This document shows positions 47,705-58,516 of a DNA stretch of 64,000 nt, piece after piece. How positions within the stretch are numbered: the stretch's first letter is position 1; each line of letters starts with the position of its first letter. The stretch comes from Erysipelotrichaceae bacterium (GTDB taxonomy: Bacteria > Bacillota_I > Bacilli_A > Erysipelotrichales > Coprobacillaceae). A model generated the notes under the pieces. It was given only the letters and a program-made list of their open reading frames with translations, had not been told where the DNA came from and did not search any database. Location: NCBI GenBank assembly GCA_018365815.1, contig JAGZJH010000001.1, positions 53,176-117,175 on the forward strand, written 5' to 3'. The position numbers and the translations under genes are program-made.

Positions 47705-48618
47705 GATGTCTCCTTTTTGGGTTGATTTTGAAATAACAACAAAAATTGTTTATATGAAATAATTTTTAAATCTTGCCCTTTATTTACCAATTCTTTTGCC
47801 TTAATTAAATTATTAGTTAATTTATTTTGGCTAGTCACTAAATAATTTGTATTAATATTTACTTTATCTTGTACAAAGCCCCCCATTTCAACAATATGTT
47901 CTCTTAACTTTTTTAAAGAGGCTTGATTAATGGAATCAAAGCATATACATTGATGGTAAATATTTTCATTAATATCAGTAATATTTTCTTCTTTAAAAAT
48001 TAAATTGTTTGAAACATCACTGACATAAATATTACGATAATATCCCGGTGACATTGTTCCATAACTCACTCGTACAAGTTGATGAAGCATATCTAGACTT
48101 TTAACATGATAAATACTTTTTAATCGTTTAATAATTCTTACACACATTAAAGCATCTTCTAAAGCATGATGATGATTGAAATTTAAATGAAAATAATCAG
48201 CAATACCATCTAGTTTATATGAACGACACCCCTCTAATAACTTACGAGCTAATACAAATGTACAAGACATATTGCAATGAGGATATGGAATATGATAATA
48301 ATCCAAAACAGCCCTTAAAAACAATGAGTCTTGTTGTATGTTATGTGCTACAATTGTGGAATTTTCAATATAAGGTTTAATCTGCTCCCAAATTTTATCA
48401 AACGTCGGTGCACTATACATTCGTTCTATATTGATACGATGTACTTTATAACTCCCTTTTTCAACAAAAAATGGTGCAGGTCGTACAAGTGAATAAAAGG
48501 TTTTTATAATTTTGTTATTTTCAACCACGCACATTCCAATCGCACAAATACTACTAGGGTGCCGATTAGCCAATTCAAAATCAAGCGTAGTATACTTTTC
48601 CATATTATCACTCTCCAC
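47701..48618 (-). CDS. DEDDh 3'-5' exonuclease (DnaQ-like) with C-terminal BRCT domain
   Basis: TLDFELAN (Exo I) and HHALEDALM (Exo III) motifs; C-terminal BRCT-like region of about 80 aa. Confidence 0.6.
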   Translation of the reverse strand: MESDNMEKYTTLDFELANRHPSSICAIGMCVVENNKIIKTFYSLVRPAPFFVEKGSYKVHRINIERMYSAPTFDKIWEQIKPYIENSTIVAHNIQQDSLFLRAVLDYYHIPYPHCNMSCTFVLARKLLEGCRSYKLDGIADYFHLNFNHHHALEDALMCVRIIKRLKSIYHVKSLDMLHQLVRVSYGTMSPGYYRNIYVSDVSNNLIFKEENITDINENIYHQCICFDSINQASLKKLREHIVEMGGFVQDKVNINTNYLVTSQNKLTNNLIKAKELVNKGQDLKIISYKQFLLLFQNQPKKETS

Positions 48619-48664
48619 CCCTCAATTCTATCATAAAATAAAAAAGAAATCAAAATTGATTTCT

Positions 48665-49198
48665 TTAACCTAAATACAACATCGATTGTTTTAAATCTTT
48701 TGAGTTAATTTCTAATATTTCAACTAAAGAATACGCAAAATCAAAAGTTGTTGCTGGTCCTCTACTAGTAATTACATTTCCATCTATTACTACATTTTTT
48801 TCAAGATATTGTTGACAAATAATTTCTTTTTCAAATCCCGGATAACTTGTGACTTTTTTATCACCAATTAGTTTAGCTTGACTAAGGACAATAGGTGCCG
48901 CACAAATGGCTGCAATCCATCTTTGATTTTGATTCATTTGATTTAAATACTCAATGACCTCTAGATTATCTTTTAAATTTGTTGCTCCAGGTAACCCACC
49001 AGGTAAAATCACCATATCCACTAACCGATGATCAAATAACAAATCCGTCTTGATTTTAATTCCATGAGAACCGATGACTTCAATATTTTTCATACCCACT
49101 AATTTACAATCAACATTCGCACGTCTTAAAATATCACACGTTACAAGTGCCTCAATTTCTTCAAATCCATCTTCTAATAAAATATATGCTACTTTCAT
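48665..49198 (-). CDS. DJ-1/PfpI family protein
   Basis: AICAAP nucleophile-elbow motif. Confidence 0.8.
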   Translation of the reverse strand: MKVAYILLEDGFEEIEALVTCDILRRANVDCKLVGMKNIEVIGSHGIKIKTDLLFDHRLVDMVILPGGLPGATNLKDNLEVIEYLNQMNQNQRWIAAICAAPIVLSQAKLIGDKKVTSYPGFEKEIICQQYLEKNVVIDGNVITSRGPATTFDFAYSLVEILEINSKDLKQSMLYLG

Positions 49199-50917
49199 CT
49201 AAAAACCTCCTTTATTTTCATCTTTTTCTATTTCCCCTTTAACATGAGGATTTAACCAACGATCAATATAATATTCAAAATAACCTTGATCTTTAATATT
49301 AAAAAACTTATGATGTCCCATCATTAAAGAACTATCTTGATTATTCATTAACTCTTTTAACTTAGGGATTTCATCAAAAATAAGTTGACACTCATTATCT
49401 TTAAAAAATATTTTAATCACTCTGACATTAGAAGTTTCAATAAAACATATTTCTAATTTTAAAACTAATTGTTGATCTTCGTTATATGTCAATTGATAAC
49501 TCGTACTGATTTTATAATATTCTTGATTAAACTCTAAAACTTGTTGTTTTAAACTTGTATCAATTTCATATTCATGATGTGATTCTTTAATCACCAATTT
49601 CAATTTTTTCTTTTCAACTTCTAACATTATTGACTCAATTCCTAATGTGTAATTATTATTTAACCCTTGAATAAACAATGGCATAATACTTGCAATATTA
49701 GGTTTTAAATTGATTAAACGATGATGATAAGGCTGTAATAATTGTAAAGGGAGTGACGTTGAAAAAGGATTAAATCGAGTACTTTTAAGTTGTTTTTTTA
49801 ACTTGAAATAACTTAAATCTAGATAAGGTTTAAATTTTAACGTTGGAAAAACAAAATATCGATTAATCAGTTCAATTTCCGGACTATTTGCAAAAACTGA
49901 TGTACTTCCAGCACACATTGCAACGACCATATTTTTTTCAGGGATTATCACTACATTTTGACCTAACATTCCATTAAATTGATAACAATTTTCTTTTTCA
50001 TTTAACCAGATATGATAACCATATCCATATAAATTCAATGTTGGATCTGTATTGATTTGAAAGGAAGTTGCTTCTTCAATTAACTTTTCATCAATTAAAC
50101 GTTGGTGATTATACACCCCTTTATTTAAATATAATAACCCAATTTTTGCCATACTCTCTAAACTTAAATAAACACCCCATCCTCCTTTATTATAACCTTT
50201 AGGGCAAGATTCAAAATAATGTTGAAATATCCCCAAAGGTTCAAATAAACGCTTCGTTAAATACTCTTCTAAAGTCTGATGTGTTACTTTTGTAATAATG
50301 ACTGATAAAATATATGTATTCAAACTATTGTAATGAAACTTTGTTCCTGGTTTAAATTTTAAATTGGCTTCTAAATATCCTTTAACCCAGTTATTTTCAA
50401 CTAAAGAATTAGGTTCAGTAAAATCAACGCCACTACTCATTGTTAAAAGGTGTTTAATTGTCAATTTTTTCAATTTAAAAGCAGTCAACATCGTCGTTTC
50501 TTTACTAAAATAATCAATCACTAAATCATCTAAATGAATTAACTTTTCTTGAATTGCAAATAAAACGGCCAATGAAGTAATACTTTTACATAAAGAATGA
50601 GTAACATGCATAATGTGATTATGATATGGAGAATATGAAACATCTAATATTACTTTTTCATCTTTAATAATCATTACCCCATGAGGGTTCGTATGTTTTA
50701 ATTCATTAAATTCTTTTAAAAATGATAATAAATACTGCGAAGGTATTGTCGCTTTTTGAGGAGATATTCTTTTTAAATGAACATCTTCCTTAAATTGACT
50801 AAAATCAATTTTTTGAGGAATGTATTGATTTGAGTAAATAGGTGTTGTTCTATTTTGAGTACATTTGTTAATAAAGGATAATATTTTCATCTGTGTTTTA
50901 ATATCCATCATCTTCAC
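49199..50917 (-). CDS. Beta-lactamase-family serine hydrolase with C-terminal extension
   Basis: SLCKS (SxxK) and YNS motifs. Confidence 0.55.
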   Translation of the reverse strand: MKMMDIKTQMKILSFINKCTQNRTTPIYSNQYIPQKIDFSQFKEDVHLKRISPQKATIPSQYLLSFLKEFNELKHTNPHGVMIIKDEKVILDVSYSPYHNHIMHVTHSLCKSITSLAVLFAIQEKLIHLDDLVIDYFSKETTMLTAFKLKKLTIKHLLTMSSGVDFTEPNSLVENNWVKGYLEANLKFKPGTKFHYNSLNTYILSVIITKVTHQTLEEYLTKRLFEPLGIFQHYFESCPKGYNKGGWGVYLSLESMAKIGLLYLNKGVYNHQRLIDEKLIEEATSFQINTDPTLNLYGYGYHIWLNEKENCYQFNGMLGQNVVIIPEKNMVVAMCAGSTSVFANSPEIELINRYFVFPTLKFKPYLDLSYFKLKKQLKSTRFNPFSTSLPLQLLQPYHHRLINLKPNIASIMPLFIQGLNNNYTLGIESIMLEVEKKKLKLVIKESHHEYEIDTSLKQQVLEFNQEYYKISTSYQLTYNEDQQLVLKLEICFIETSNVRVIKIFFKDNECQLIFDEIPKLKELMNNQDSSLMMGHHKFFNIKDQGYFEYYIDRWLNPHVKGEIEKDENKGGF

Positions 50918-50964
50918 CTCATTTTAATTATCTAATATTTTAAATTAATAAGACAACTCATATA

Positions 50965-51477
50965 TTAGACCTCTAGTTTTGTTGGGTCTAAAAATTTAGT
51001 TTCATGTTTTTTTAATTCAATGAATGTCCGATTGGCAATATCTAAAGACAAATCGCCAATACGTTCAAGATGACTTAAAAAATCTAAAATTACAGAAACT
51101 GCAATTGAATTATCACATACATTTTGTCTCATTCTTTCAAAATGATTGTGTTGACAAATTTGTTCTAATTGATTTAAACTTTCTTCTTTAAGATTTAAAT
51201 CATTTAATAATTCTACTTCACTATTTTCAAAAATAGTCATCGCTTCTTCTATCATTTGTTCAATTAATAAATAGACTTCTTCAAGATCATGATAAGCAGA
51301 TTTAGAAAAACGACCGTTTTCTTCATATACCATTTTATAAAATTCTATCAAATCATTCACACGATCGGATATTTGTTCTAAATATTTAATAATTTGATAA
51401 TTTTTATAATATTCTTGTATCTGATGATTGACCAGTGTTGGTTGATTTGCAATTTTTAATAAGTATTGAGATAACAA
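50965..51477 (-). CDS. PhoU-like domain (C-terminal part of a Na/Pi cotransporter; in frame with the upstream ORF after a single TAG)
   Basis: DRIGDLSLDIANR PhoU motif; alternative (TTG) start in the ORF track. Confidence 0.5.
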   Translation of the reverse strand: MLSQYLLKIANQPTLVNHQIQEYYKNYQIIKYLEQISDRVNDLIEFYKMVYEENGRFSKSAYHDLEEVYLLIEQMIEEAMTIFENSEVELLNDLNLKEESLNQLEQICQHNHFERMRQNVCDNSIAVSVILDFLSHLERIGDLSLDIANRTFIELKKHETKFLDPTKLEV

Positions 51478-51573
51478 AGTATCGTATTTATTTACAAGGG
51501 CTTCAACTTCATGAACTTCATCATAAACTTCTTTTTTTAGTAAGTAAATATTGTTTTGATAAACGAATGTTTT

Positions 51574-52266
51574 CTAATATATTTCTTCCCATTCGAAGAG
51601 TATTTTTTTAGCGATAGCTAAAGCTACAACTGGAAATCGTTCAATTAATGAATCGTTTAAGTTGTCAATATTTTCGATTTTTAAATCTTTATTAGTTTCA
51701 TCAGGAATTATTTTTTCTAACAACTTCACACTTTGTTTCACAAAAGGAATAATTAAAATTGTAGAAATAATGTTGAAAATAAGATGTGCTTGAGCAATAT
51801 ACATTTCCCCACTACCATTTAATAATTGTGTAATATAGTTTGTAAGATTAACAAAGGGCGTTAATAAAACCATTCCTAATAAAGCACCAAATAAATTATA
51901 TACAGCATGGAACCATGCGGCTCGTTTAGTTGGCACTGAACCACCTGCAGCTGCTATTAAAGCTGTCATACAAGTTCCAACATTTGTTCCAATTGTAATA
52001 CCAATAGCTTGCATTAAACTCATTAATCCTGCTCTAACTAAACTAATTGAAATAACAGTTACCTCAGAACTTGAATGAAGTAAAGCAGAAATAACTATTC
52101 CTACTATAATAGACATTAATAAATTACTTGTATATTTTGCAATATAATCTCGGATTTTAGTTCCTGCGATACTTTTTAAAGCATCACTCATTAAGTTAAT
52201 CCCATATATAAATATCGCTAGTCCTCCTAAAATTAAACCGATAGCATAAATATTTAAACCATTCAT
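51574..52266 (-). CDS. Na+/phosphate cotransporter domain protein (N-terminal part)
   Basis: Na_Pi_cotrans-like membrane repeats. Confidence 0.55.
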   Translation of the reverse strand: MNGLNIYAIGLILGGLAIFIYGINLMSDALKSIAGTKIRDYIAKYTSNLLMSIIVGIVISALLHSSSEVTVISISLVRAGLMSLMQAIGITIGTNVGTCMTALIAAAGGSVPTKRAAWFHAVYNLFGALLGMVLLTPFVNLTNYITQLLNGSGEMYIAQAHLIFNIISTILIIPFVKQSVKLLEKIIPDETNKDLKIENIDNLNDSLIERFPVVALAIAKKILFEWEEIY

Positions 52267-52340
52267 ATTATCTCAACTTTCTTACTAGAAATATTGTATC
52301 ATAATAAGTTTATGAATGTCTTTTTTTTCACAAAATGTAC

Positions 52341-52376
52341 TTAAAATAAAAAAAGAATAAGGTTCACACCTTATTC
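52341..52376 (-). terminator. Intrinsic terminator after pyk (GAATAAGGT/ACCTTATTC plus T-run)
   Basis: 9-bp stem overlapping the pyk stop codon, followed by a T-run. Confidence 0.65.
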
Positions 52377-53798
52377 AACGCATACAACTAAGTTTAAGAA
52401 GTTAGTTGATCCAGTTTGTCCTGGATTTCCACCAGTAACTAAGATTTTTGAACATGATTCAATACCATTTTCTTTAGCTATTTTTATTGCATATGGTACC
52501 ATTTCTTCAACTTTTTTAATTGGATCACAAATTACTGCATTAACTCCCCAATTTAAAGCTAAACGTTTAACAGTCACTTCATGAGGTGTAGCAGCAATAA
52601 TTGGACAACCTGGTCTGTATCTTGAAATACGTTGAGCAGTACGTCCTGATTCTGTAAATGCAACGATTGCTGAAACATTAAATTTGTTAGCAATTTCTGC
52701 TACAGAAATAACAATTGCTTCATCAGTATCTTCACTATTTGCTGTTCTTTCTGCTTTTCTAAATAATGAACCATGATCTAATGCAGTTTCTGTTTTTCTA
52801 GCAACTTTAGCCATAGTAGTAACAGCTTCCCATGGATAATCACCTTGAGCAGATTCTCCTGATAACATAATAGCATCAGATCCGTCAAAAATTGCATTAG
52901 CTACGTCACTTACTTCCGCACGAGTAGGACGTGGATTTTTTTGCATACTTTCTAACATTTGAGTTGCTGTAATTACTACTTTTCCAGTAGCATTACATTT
53001 TTTAATTAATTCTTTTTGGATTAATGGTACATCTTCAGCAGGTACTTCTACCCCTAAGTCACCACGAGCAACCATGATACCATCAGCAACTTCTAAGATT
53101 TCGTCCATGTTGCTTACCCCTTCACTATTTTCAATTTTAGCAATAATTTGAACATCTGGACGATTATTTTTATTTAATAATTCTCTTACTTGTAAAACAT
53201 CATCAGCACGTCTTACAAAAGAAGCGGCTACATAGTTAATTCCTTGTTCACAACCAAATGTAATGTCACTAATATCTTTTTCAGATAAATAATCGAAACC
53301 TAATTTAATTCCAGGAACGTTAATTCCACGTTTATTTTTAACATCACCATTGTTTAAACAAGTTGTGATAATATCTTTACCTTCAACTGCTTCAACTTGT
53401 AATTCTACTTGACCGTCGTTAACTAAGATGATTCCACCTTCTTTAACATCTTTATATAATTCTTTATAAGTAATTGAAAAACGATTGCTTGTTCCTTCGA
53501 TGTCTTCATAACAAATAACTGATTTTTGACCTTTTTTAAATTCAGCGACACCATTAACAAAGTCACCAGTTCTAATTTCTGGTCCTTTTGTATCTAATAA
53601 AATAGCACATTCTTTTCCAGTTTCTGCTTTAATCGCTTTAACTGTTTTAATACGTCCTCCATGTTCTTCGAAATCACCATGTGAGAAATTTAAACGCATA
53701 ACGTTCATTCCCGCATCGATTAAACTTTCTAAAATTTCTCTTGGTTCTGAAGCAGGACCAATTGTACATACCATTTTAGTCTTTTTAAAAGCTTCCAT
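52371..53798 (-). CDS. pyk: Pyruvate kinase
   Basis: Family-typical sequence; pfkA-pyk operon. Confidence 0.9.
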   Translation of the reverse strand: MEAFKKTKMVCTIGPASEPREILESLIDAGMNVMRLNFSHGDFEEHGGRIKTVKAIKAETGKECAILLDTKGPEIRTGDFVNGVAEFKKGQKSVICYEDIEGTSNRFSITYKELYKDVKEGGIILVNDGQVELQVEAVEGKDIITTCLNNGDVKNKRGINVPGIKLGFDYLSEKDISDITFGCEQGINYVAASFVRRADDVLQVRELLNKNNRPDVQIIAKIENSEGVSNMDEILEVADGIMVARGDLGVEVPAEDVPLIQKELIKKCNATGKVVITATQMLESMQKNPRPTRAEVSDVANAIFDGSDAIMLSGESAQGDYPWEAVTTMAKVARKTETALDHGSLFRKAERTANSEDTDEAIVISVAEIANKFNVSAIVAFTESGRTAQRISRYRPGCPIIAATPHEVTVKRLALNWGVNAVICDPIKKVEEMVPYAIKIAKENGIESCSKILVTGGNPGQTGSTNFLNLVVCVE

Positions 53799-53834
53799 TT
53801 ATTTCTCTCCTTTTTTTTCATACTCAATATATAT

Positions 53835-54788
53835 TTAACGAAGTTTTTGAAAATCTTCGTAAATACCTATATCTTTAACTTCATCACTTAAAGTCTTTTC
53901 AATCGATTGATTTATAATACGGCCTTTGATCAAACAAATTGCCTGAGCCAATTGCTTTTCTTCTAAAAGTTCAACCGCTTTAATACCCATACGAACAGAT
54001 AAAATACGATCACCTACACTAGGATTCCCACCTCGTTGAATGTACCCTAATTTAATTCCACGACTTTCAATTTGAGTAGTTTCTTCAATCATTTTTGCAA
54101 GTGAATAAACATCAGTGACGTTTTCACTTACAATAATTATACATTCATCTTTTAGTTTAATCATTTCTTTAACTGTTTGTGTGATAGTATTTAAATCAAT
54201 ATCTTTTTGACTTACAATAACTAAATCTACATCACTTGCAATTGCACTATATTGAGCTAAATCGCTACAATGTCGTCCCATCACTTCAACAACAAGACAG
54301 CGACTATGACTACGAGCAGTGTCTCTTAGTTTTTCAACATTTTCTAAAATCGTTGAAACTGCGGTTTCAAAACCAATAGTTCTTTCAGTACCGATAATAT
54401 CATTATCAATAGTTCCTGGAATTGCAATAGTTGGGAAACCTAATTTTGATAATGACATCGCACCATGATATGTTCCATCTCCGCCAATGACTATTAATCC
54501 TTCGATTTGTTGCTTTTTTAAATGTTCAATACATTTTAAAACGGTTTCTTCTTTTTTGAATTCATCAAAACGAGATGATTTTAAAATCGTACCTCCAAGA
54601 TTTGAAATATTTGCGGTATTTTCTAAATTCAAAATTTTAAATTTTTTATAAAACAAACCACGATAACCTTCTAAAATTCCTACTACTTCAATTCCTTTAT
54701 GATGTGCCACTTTAACAATACTAGAAATCGCACTGTTCATCCCCGGGGCATCGCCACCGGAAGTTAAAACTCCTATTCGCTTAACCAT
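53835..54788 (-). CDS. pfkA: ATP-dependent 6-phosphofructokinase
   Basis: GGDGS motif. Confidence 0.9.
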   Translation of the reverse strand: MVKRIGVLTSGGDAPGMNSAISSIVKVAHHKGIEVVGILEGYRGLFYKKFKILNLENTANISNLGGTILKSSRFDEFKKEETVLKCIEHLKKQQIEGLIVIGGDGTYHGAMSLSKLGFPTIAIPGTIDNDIIGTERTIGFETAVSTILENVEKLRDTARSHSRCLVVEVMGRHCSDLAQYSAIASDVDLVIVSQKDIDLNTITQTVKEMIKLKDECIIIVSENVTDVYSLAKMIEETTQIESRGIKLGYIQRGGNPSVGDRILSVRMGIKAVELLEEKQLAQAICLIKGRIINQSIEKTLSDEVKDIGIYEDFQKLR

Positions 54789-54863
54789 AAGTCACCTCAA
54801 CACATTCAATTCATGTGCTATTTTAACATGAATTTTCATTTTTTCAACACCAAATAAAAAATT

Positions 54864-55766
54864 TCACATAAAAAATTTACTAGATTTTAGTTCCACTTCA
54901 ACACTAACCGCTTTCATTTTTTCAATCAATCTCTCTACCTTTAGTTTATCCCCAATTTGCTTTGATAAAACATAATATTTTTTTAATTCTTCTAAACTGT
55001 AAACACTGGTAAAAAAAGTCGGTATTTTCTTTAACGAACGTTCATTTACAATCGCTGCTAATACTTCATCACGCGACCACGGAGAAGCGTTTTCACCTCC
55101 AATATCATCTAATACTAAAACATCTACATTTTTTAGACTTATCAGTAATTCTGAACTATTATTAGAAGATGAAAATTGTTCTTTTAACGAACCAATTAAA
55201 TTAGGAACATTGATAAATGCACATTGTTTTCCTTTTTGAGCCAATTCATAAATAAATGCTGCCATTACTGTGGTTTTTCCATTTTGCATTGCACCATGTA
55301 AATAAATTCCTTTATCACTGGGTTCTTTAATGTAATTAAGCATTGTATTCAAAGCTAAAGAACGTGATGTTATTGAAAGTTCTTTAAACGGAATATCAAA
55401 AATAGAGTATGGCATATTACATGGTTGAATACGACTTAACACCGCTAAATGATGAGCATGTTCTATTTCAAAAGTACATGGTTGCATATCTAAGGAAATA
55501 CGACCATTTTCACTAATTAATTGACGTTGATAGCCTTTCATATTTTTAGGACAGTTTTGAATAGACTCACACCCTATACACATTTGATAATCTTCTTGAT
55601 AATTTAATAACTCAATCCAATAATCATCCATCATTAAACGTGTCATATGATGCGTTTGCATAAATGCTTTAATTTTTGAATCTTGACATAACTTGTCTAA
55701 ACTTTCTTTTTTGATTTGTTTAATATTATTAGGTAATCCTATCTGCGAGGCTACGTTTTTCATCAT
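54864..55766 (-). CDS. dnaI: Primosomal protein DnaI (helicase loader)
   Basis: Walker A NGKTT and Walker B VLVLDDIG. Confidence 0.8.
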   Translation of the reverse strand: MMKNVASQIGLPNNIKQIKKESLDKLCQDSKIKAFMQTHHMTRLMMDDYWIELLNYQEDYQMCIGCESIQNCPKNMKGYQRQLISENGRISLDMQPCTFEIEHAHHLAVLSRIQPCNMPYSIFDIPFKELSITSRSLALNTMLNYIKEPSDKGIYLHGAMQNGKTTVMAAFIYELAQKGKQCAFINVPNLIGSLKEQFSSSNNSSELLISLKNVDVLVLDDIGGENASPWSRDEVLAAIVNERSLKKIPTFFTSVYSLEELKKYYVLSKQIGDKLKVERLIEKMKAVSVEVELKSSKFFM

Positions 55767-55775
55767 TCATTCCTC

Positions 55776-57059
55776 CTATAAACTTTTCATTAATTCGCGT
55801 AGTTCTTCTTCACTGATGGCTTCTTGATCACTAGGAACACTACTTTCTAATTTGCTTTGAGCAACTTGTTCTTGATACCATTGTGGCATATGTTGAGTTG
55901 CATTAGCATTTTTAACTTTCATATAGTTTTTAGCCTCCTGCATCGCTTCACTCACTGTTTTAATTCCTTTACGACGCCATGAAGCCGCTATGGCTTCGAC
56001 ATAATTTCGTGGCATTCGATTATCATTTTGTGCCCATGTTAATTCAAGTAACACATTAATCACGCCTGGTTCTAACCCTTGTTCTATCATTAGTTTTTCA
56101 ACTAAAGAAAGATCCCGTCTAGTTGGTGTACTCCCTTGTTTTTTAGCAATCAATTTATAAGGTGACCACGATTCTAATTGTTTAATATGACGTGATTTTG
56201 AATCATTTTTTTCTCCGTTATAACTATATTGAATTGGTTGACTATGATAAACCATTTCAAATTGTTGTGGGGCTTCTAGTTCATGATAATTTCTTGCTTT
56301 TATACTTAATATTTCTTCATTGACACGATAATCTTCAATTGACTCATAAACTAATTGAGCCATTTGTTGCCCACTAATATGATAAACAACCCCTAGTTGT
56401 TTAACTTTATTTTCAACACTTGATGTAATCATATTTCTTCTTACTTGAAGTTCTTTTAACTCTTTATAAAACAAATCTAATGGATAATTAATCACTGGAC
56501 TATGACTAACTTCTTTTTTAAGTTCTTCTTTTCTTTTTAAAACCGGAACCCCTTCTAATGAAGTATCTTCGATATAAAAAACTTCCTCAAATAAAGCCGT
56601 TGTTTCTTCATATTGTTCTAAGTCAACTTCTGGTGCAATAAAATAAAATTTATTTTTTTCATAATTCATAGTGCCTATTGTACGATATAATAAAGCATTT
56701 AATAATTCATTTTTAAAAAAAGTTTGAGCTTGTAATGGTAGTAACATTTCATAAAGATAATGGGTTATTCCATTTTCAAATTTAACATATGTTTTCATTA
56801 ATCCTATCCCCTCTAATAAACGGATGGATTGTTTAATTTTATCTAAAGGAAGTGCGGTTTGCATTGTTAAACGGGCATGAGTCGAAACTAATGAAGTAAG
56901 TTTCACTAAATCAATTTCGCTATAAAGTGTTAAATAAAGACTCATTGCTTCTACACCAATAAGCGGTTGATATAATAAAGTTAAAATAGGTAAACGTTCA
57001 TTTAAAAAAATCGAATCGCTTTTAACTTCATAAGTATCACAACTTAACAATTGTTCCAT
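55776..57059 (-). CDS. dnaB: Replication initiation and membrane attachment protein DnaB (DnaD-like domain)
   Basis: Position upstream of dnaI; size. Confidence 0.65.
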   Translation of the reverse strand: MEQLLSCDTYEVKSDSIFLNERLPILTLLYQPLIGVEAMSLYLTLYSEIDLVKLTSLVSTHARLTMQTALPLDKIKQSIRLLEGIGLMKTYVKFENGITHYLYEMLLPLQAQTFFKNELLNALLYRTIGTMNYEKNKFYFIAPEVDLEQYEETTALFEEVFYIEDTSLEGVPVLKRKEELKKEVSHSPVINYPLDLFYKELKELQVRRNMITSSVENKVKQLGVVYHISGQQMAQLVYESIEDYRVNEEILSIKARNYHELEAPQQFEMVYHSQPIQYSYNGEKNDSKSRHIKQLESWSPYKLIAKKQGSTPTRRDLSLVEKLMIEQGLEPGVINVLLELTWAQNDNRMPRNYVEAIAASWRRKGIKTVSEAMQEAKNYMKVKNANATQHMPQWYQEQVAQSKLESSVPSDQEAISEEELRELMKSL

Positions 57060-57643
57060 TCTATCTCTCCTTTGTTTATCTTTTTTAAAAACACTTCAAT
57101 TTGGTCATATAAATTATTTAAATCGCCTTCATTATTAATAATATAATGAGCTAATTGTTTTTTTGTTTCAATCGGCATCTGACTTTGAATTCTTGCTTCA
57201 ACTTCTTGATTAGTTAAATGATTACGCTCTTTTAAACGTTGTTTTTGTAACTGTTCATTGATATAGACAACAACAACATAATCACATAAATATTCCAACT
57301 TTGCTTCATAAAGCAAAGGAATATCTAAAAAAACGATAGTTTGCATTGAATTTTTAATTTGTTTTTTAATGTTTTTAATGACATAAGGGTGTACTATATC
57401 TTCTAACTGTTGTTGTTTTATCTTATCATTAAAAATAATTTCTCCTAATTTTTTTCGATCAATATTCCCATTTTGATCTTGACATTCAAACTTTGTTAAA
57501 ACATTTTGAATACACTTAGTATCCTTTGTTAATGCTTCAAATGAAATTTGATCTGCATCGATGACTTGATAACCAAGTTGTTTTAAATAATGGCTAACTG
57601 TACTTTTACCGGTTGCTATACCACCTGTAATTCCTATAATCAT
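57044..57643 (-). CDS. coaE: Dephospho-CoA kinase
   Basis: IIGITGGIATGKSTV P-loop. Confidence 0.85.
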   Translation of the reverse strand: MIIGITGGIATGKSTVSHYLKQLGYQVIDADQISFEALTKDTKCIQNVLTKFECQDQNGNIDRKKLGEIIFNDKIKQQQLEDIVHPYVIKNIKKQIKNSMQTIVFLDIPLLYEAKLEYLCDYVVVVYINEQLQKQRLKERNHLTNQEVEARIQSQMPIETKKQLAHYIINNEGDLNNLYDQIEVFLKKINKGEIEWNNC

Positions 57644-57674
57644 ATCATCACTCCTTATTTATATATTTTAACAT

Positions 57675-57698
57675 AAAAAAGCACTTTCGTGCTTTTTT
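57675..57698. terminator. Bidirectional-looking hairpin AAAAAAGCAC-tttc-GTGCTTTTTT after mutM
   Basis: Stem flanked by an A-run and a T-run. Confidence 0.6.
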
Positions 57699-58515
57699 AT
57701 GACTTTTTACGCTGACATTTTTTACAAAAATAAGTTCCTCTTCCTTGTAGTTGTATTTTTTCAATCGGTGTATGGCAAATCGGACAAGGTTGATTAACTT
57801 TGCCATGCACATTTAATTTAACTTGAAAACGGCCGTCAATCCCATTAGCACTAAAAGTATGAATTGTTGTTCCACCTTGTTTAATGGCATCATTTAAAAC
57901 ATCAATTGCAATCTCTACAAGTTCTTTTACTCTTTTTAATTTCAAACGATTGACCGGTGTTAATGGATTGATTTTCATCCTAAAACATATTTCATTAGCA
58001 TAAATATTGCCAATTCCAAGTATAATATGTTGGTCTAATAAAACATCTTTAATCGGTCGTTTACTTTTTTGAAATTGTTGATATAACCATTTGCAATCAA
58101 TATCAAAAGGTTCTTTTCCTAAAGTATTAAAAGGTTTCAAATTAGCATATTGATTTAAATCTGTTAACTCCATACGACCAAATTTACGAGTATCATAATA
58201 TCTTAAATCCAGTTGATTTTCTAAATGGAAAATGACATGACAATGTTGATTATAAGGCTCATCTTGACTGACGATAAAATATTTACCTTCCATTCTAAGA
58301 TGAGATATAAAAGCAATGTGATCTAATTTAAAAATTATATATTTTCCGATTCGATCAATATCTCTAAAAGTTTGATGTGTTAATGCTTCAATAAATTGGT
58401 TTTTGTCTCCTGTAATTATTTTAGGATAAAATACTTCAACACTTTCAATTTTTTTACCAATAATTTCGTGTTTTAAAGTATTTTTAATCGTTTCAACTTC
58501 AGGTAATTCTGGCAT
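57697..58515 (-). CDS. mutM: Formamidopyrimidine-DNA glycosylase
   Basis: N-terminal MPELPEVE; C-terminal zinc finger CPICHT...CKKC. Confidence 0.9.
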   Translation of the reverse strand: MPELPEVETIKNTLKHEIIGKKIESVEVFYPKIITGDKNQFIEALTHQTFRDIDRIGKYIIFKLDHIAFISHLRMEGKYFIVSQDEPYNQHCHVIFHLENQLDLRYYDTRKFGRMELTDLNQYANLKPFNTLGKEPFDIDCKWLYQQFQKSKRPIKDVLLDQHIILGIGNIYANEICFRMKINPLTPVNRLKLKRVKELVEIAIDVLNDAIKQGGTTIHTFSANGIDGRFQVKLNVHGKVNQPCPICHTPIEKIQLQGRGTYFCKKCQRKKS

Positions 58516-58516
58516 A

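Noticed and set aside
54800-54840. Inverted repeat AATTCATG-N11-CATGAATT upstream of pfkA
   Set aside because: It has no adjacent T-run and no clear regulatory context, and could be a chance palindrome in AT-rich DNA.
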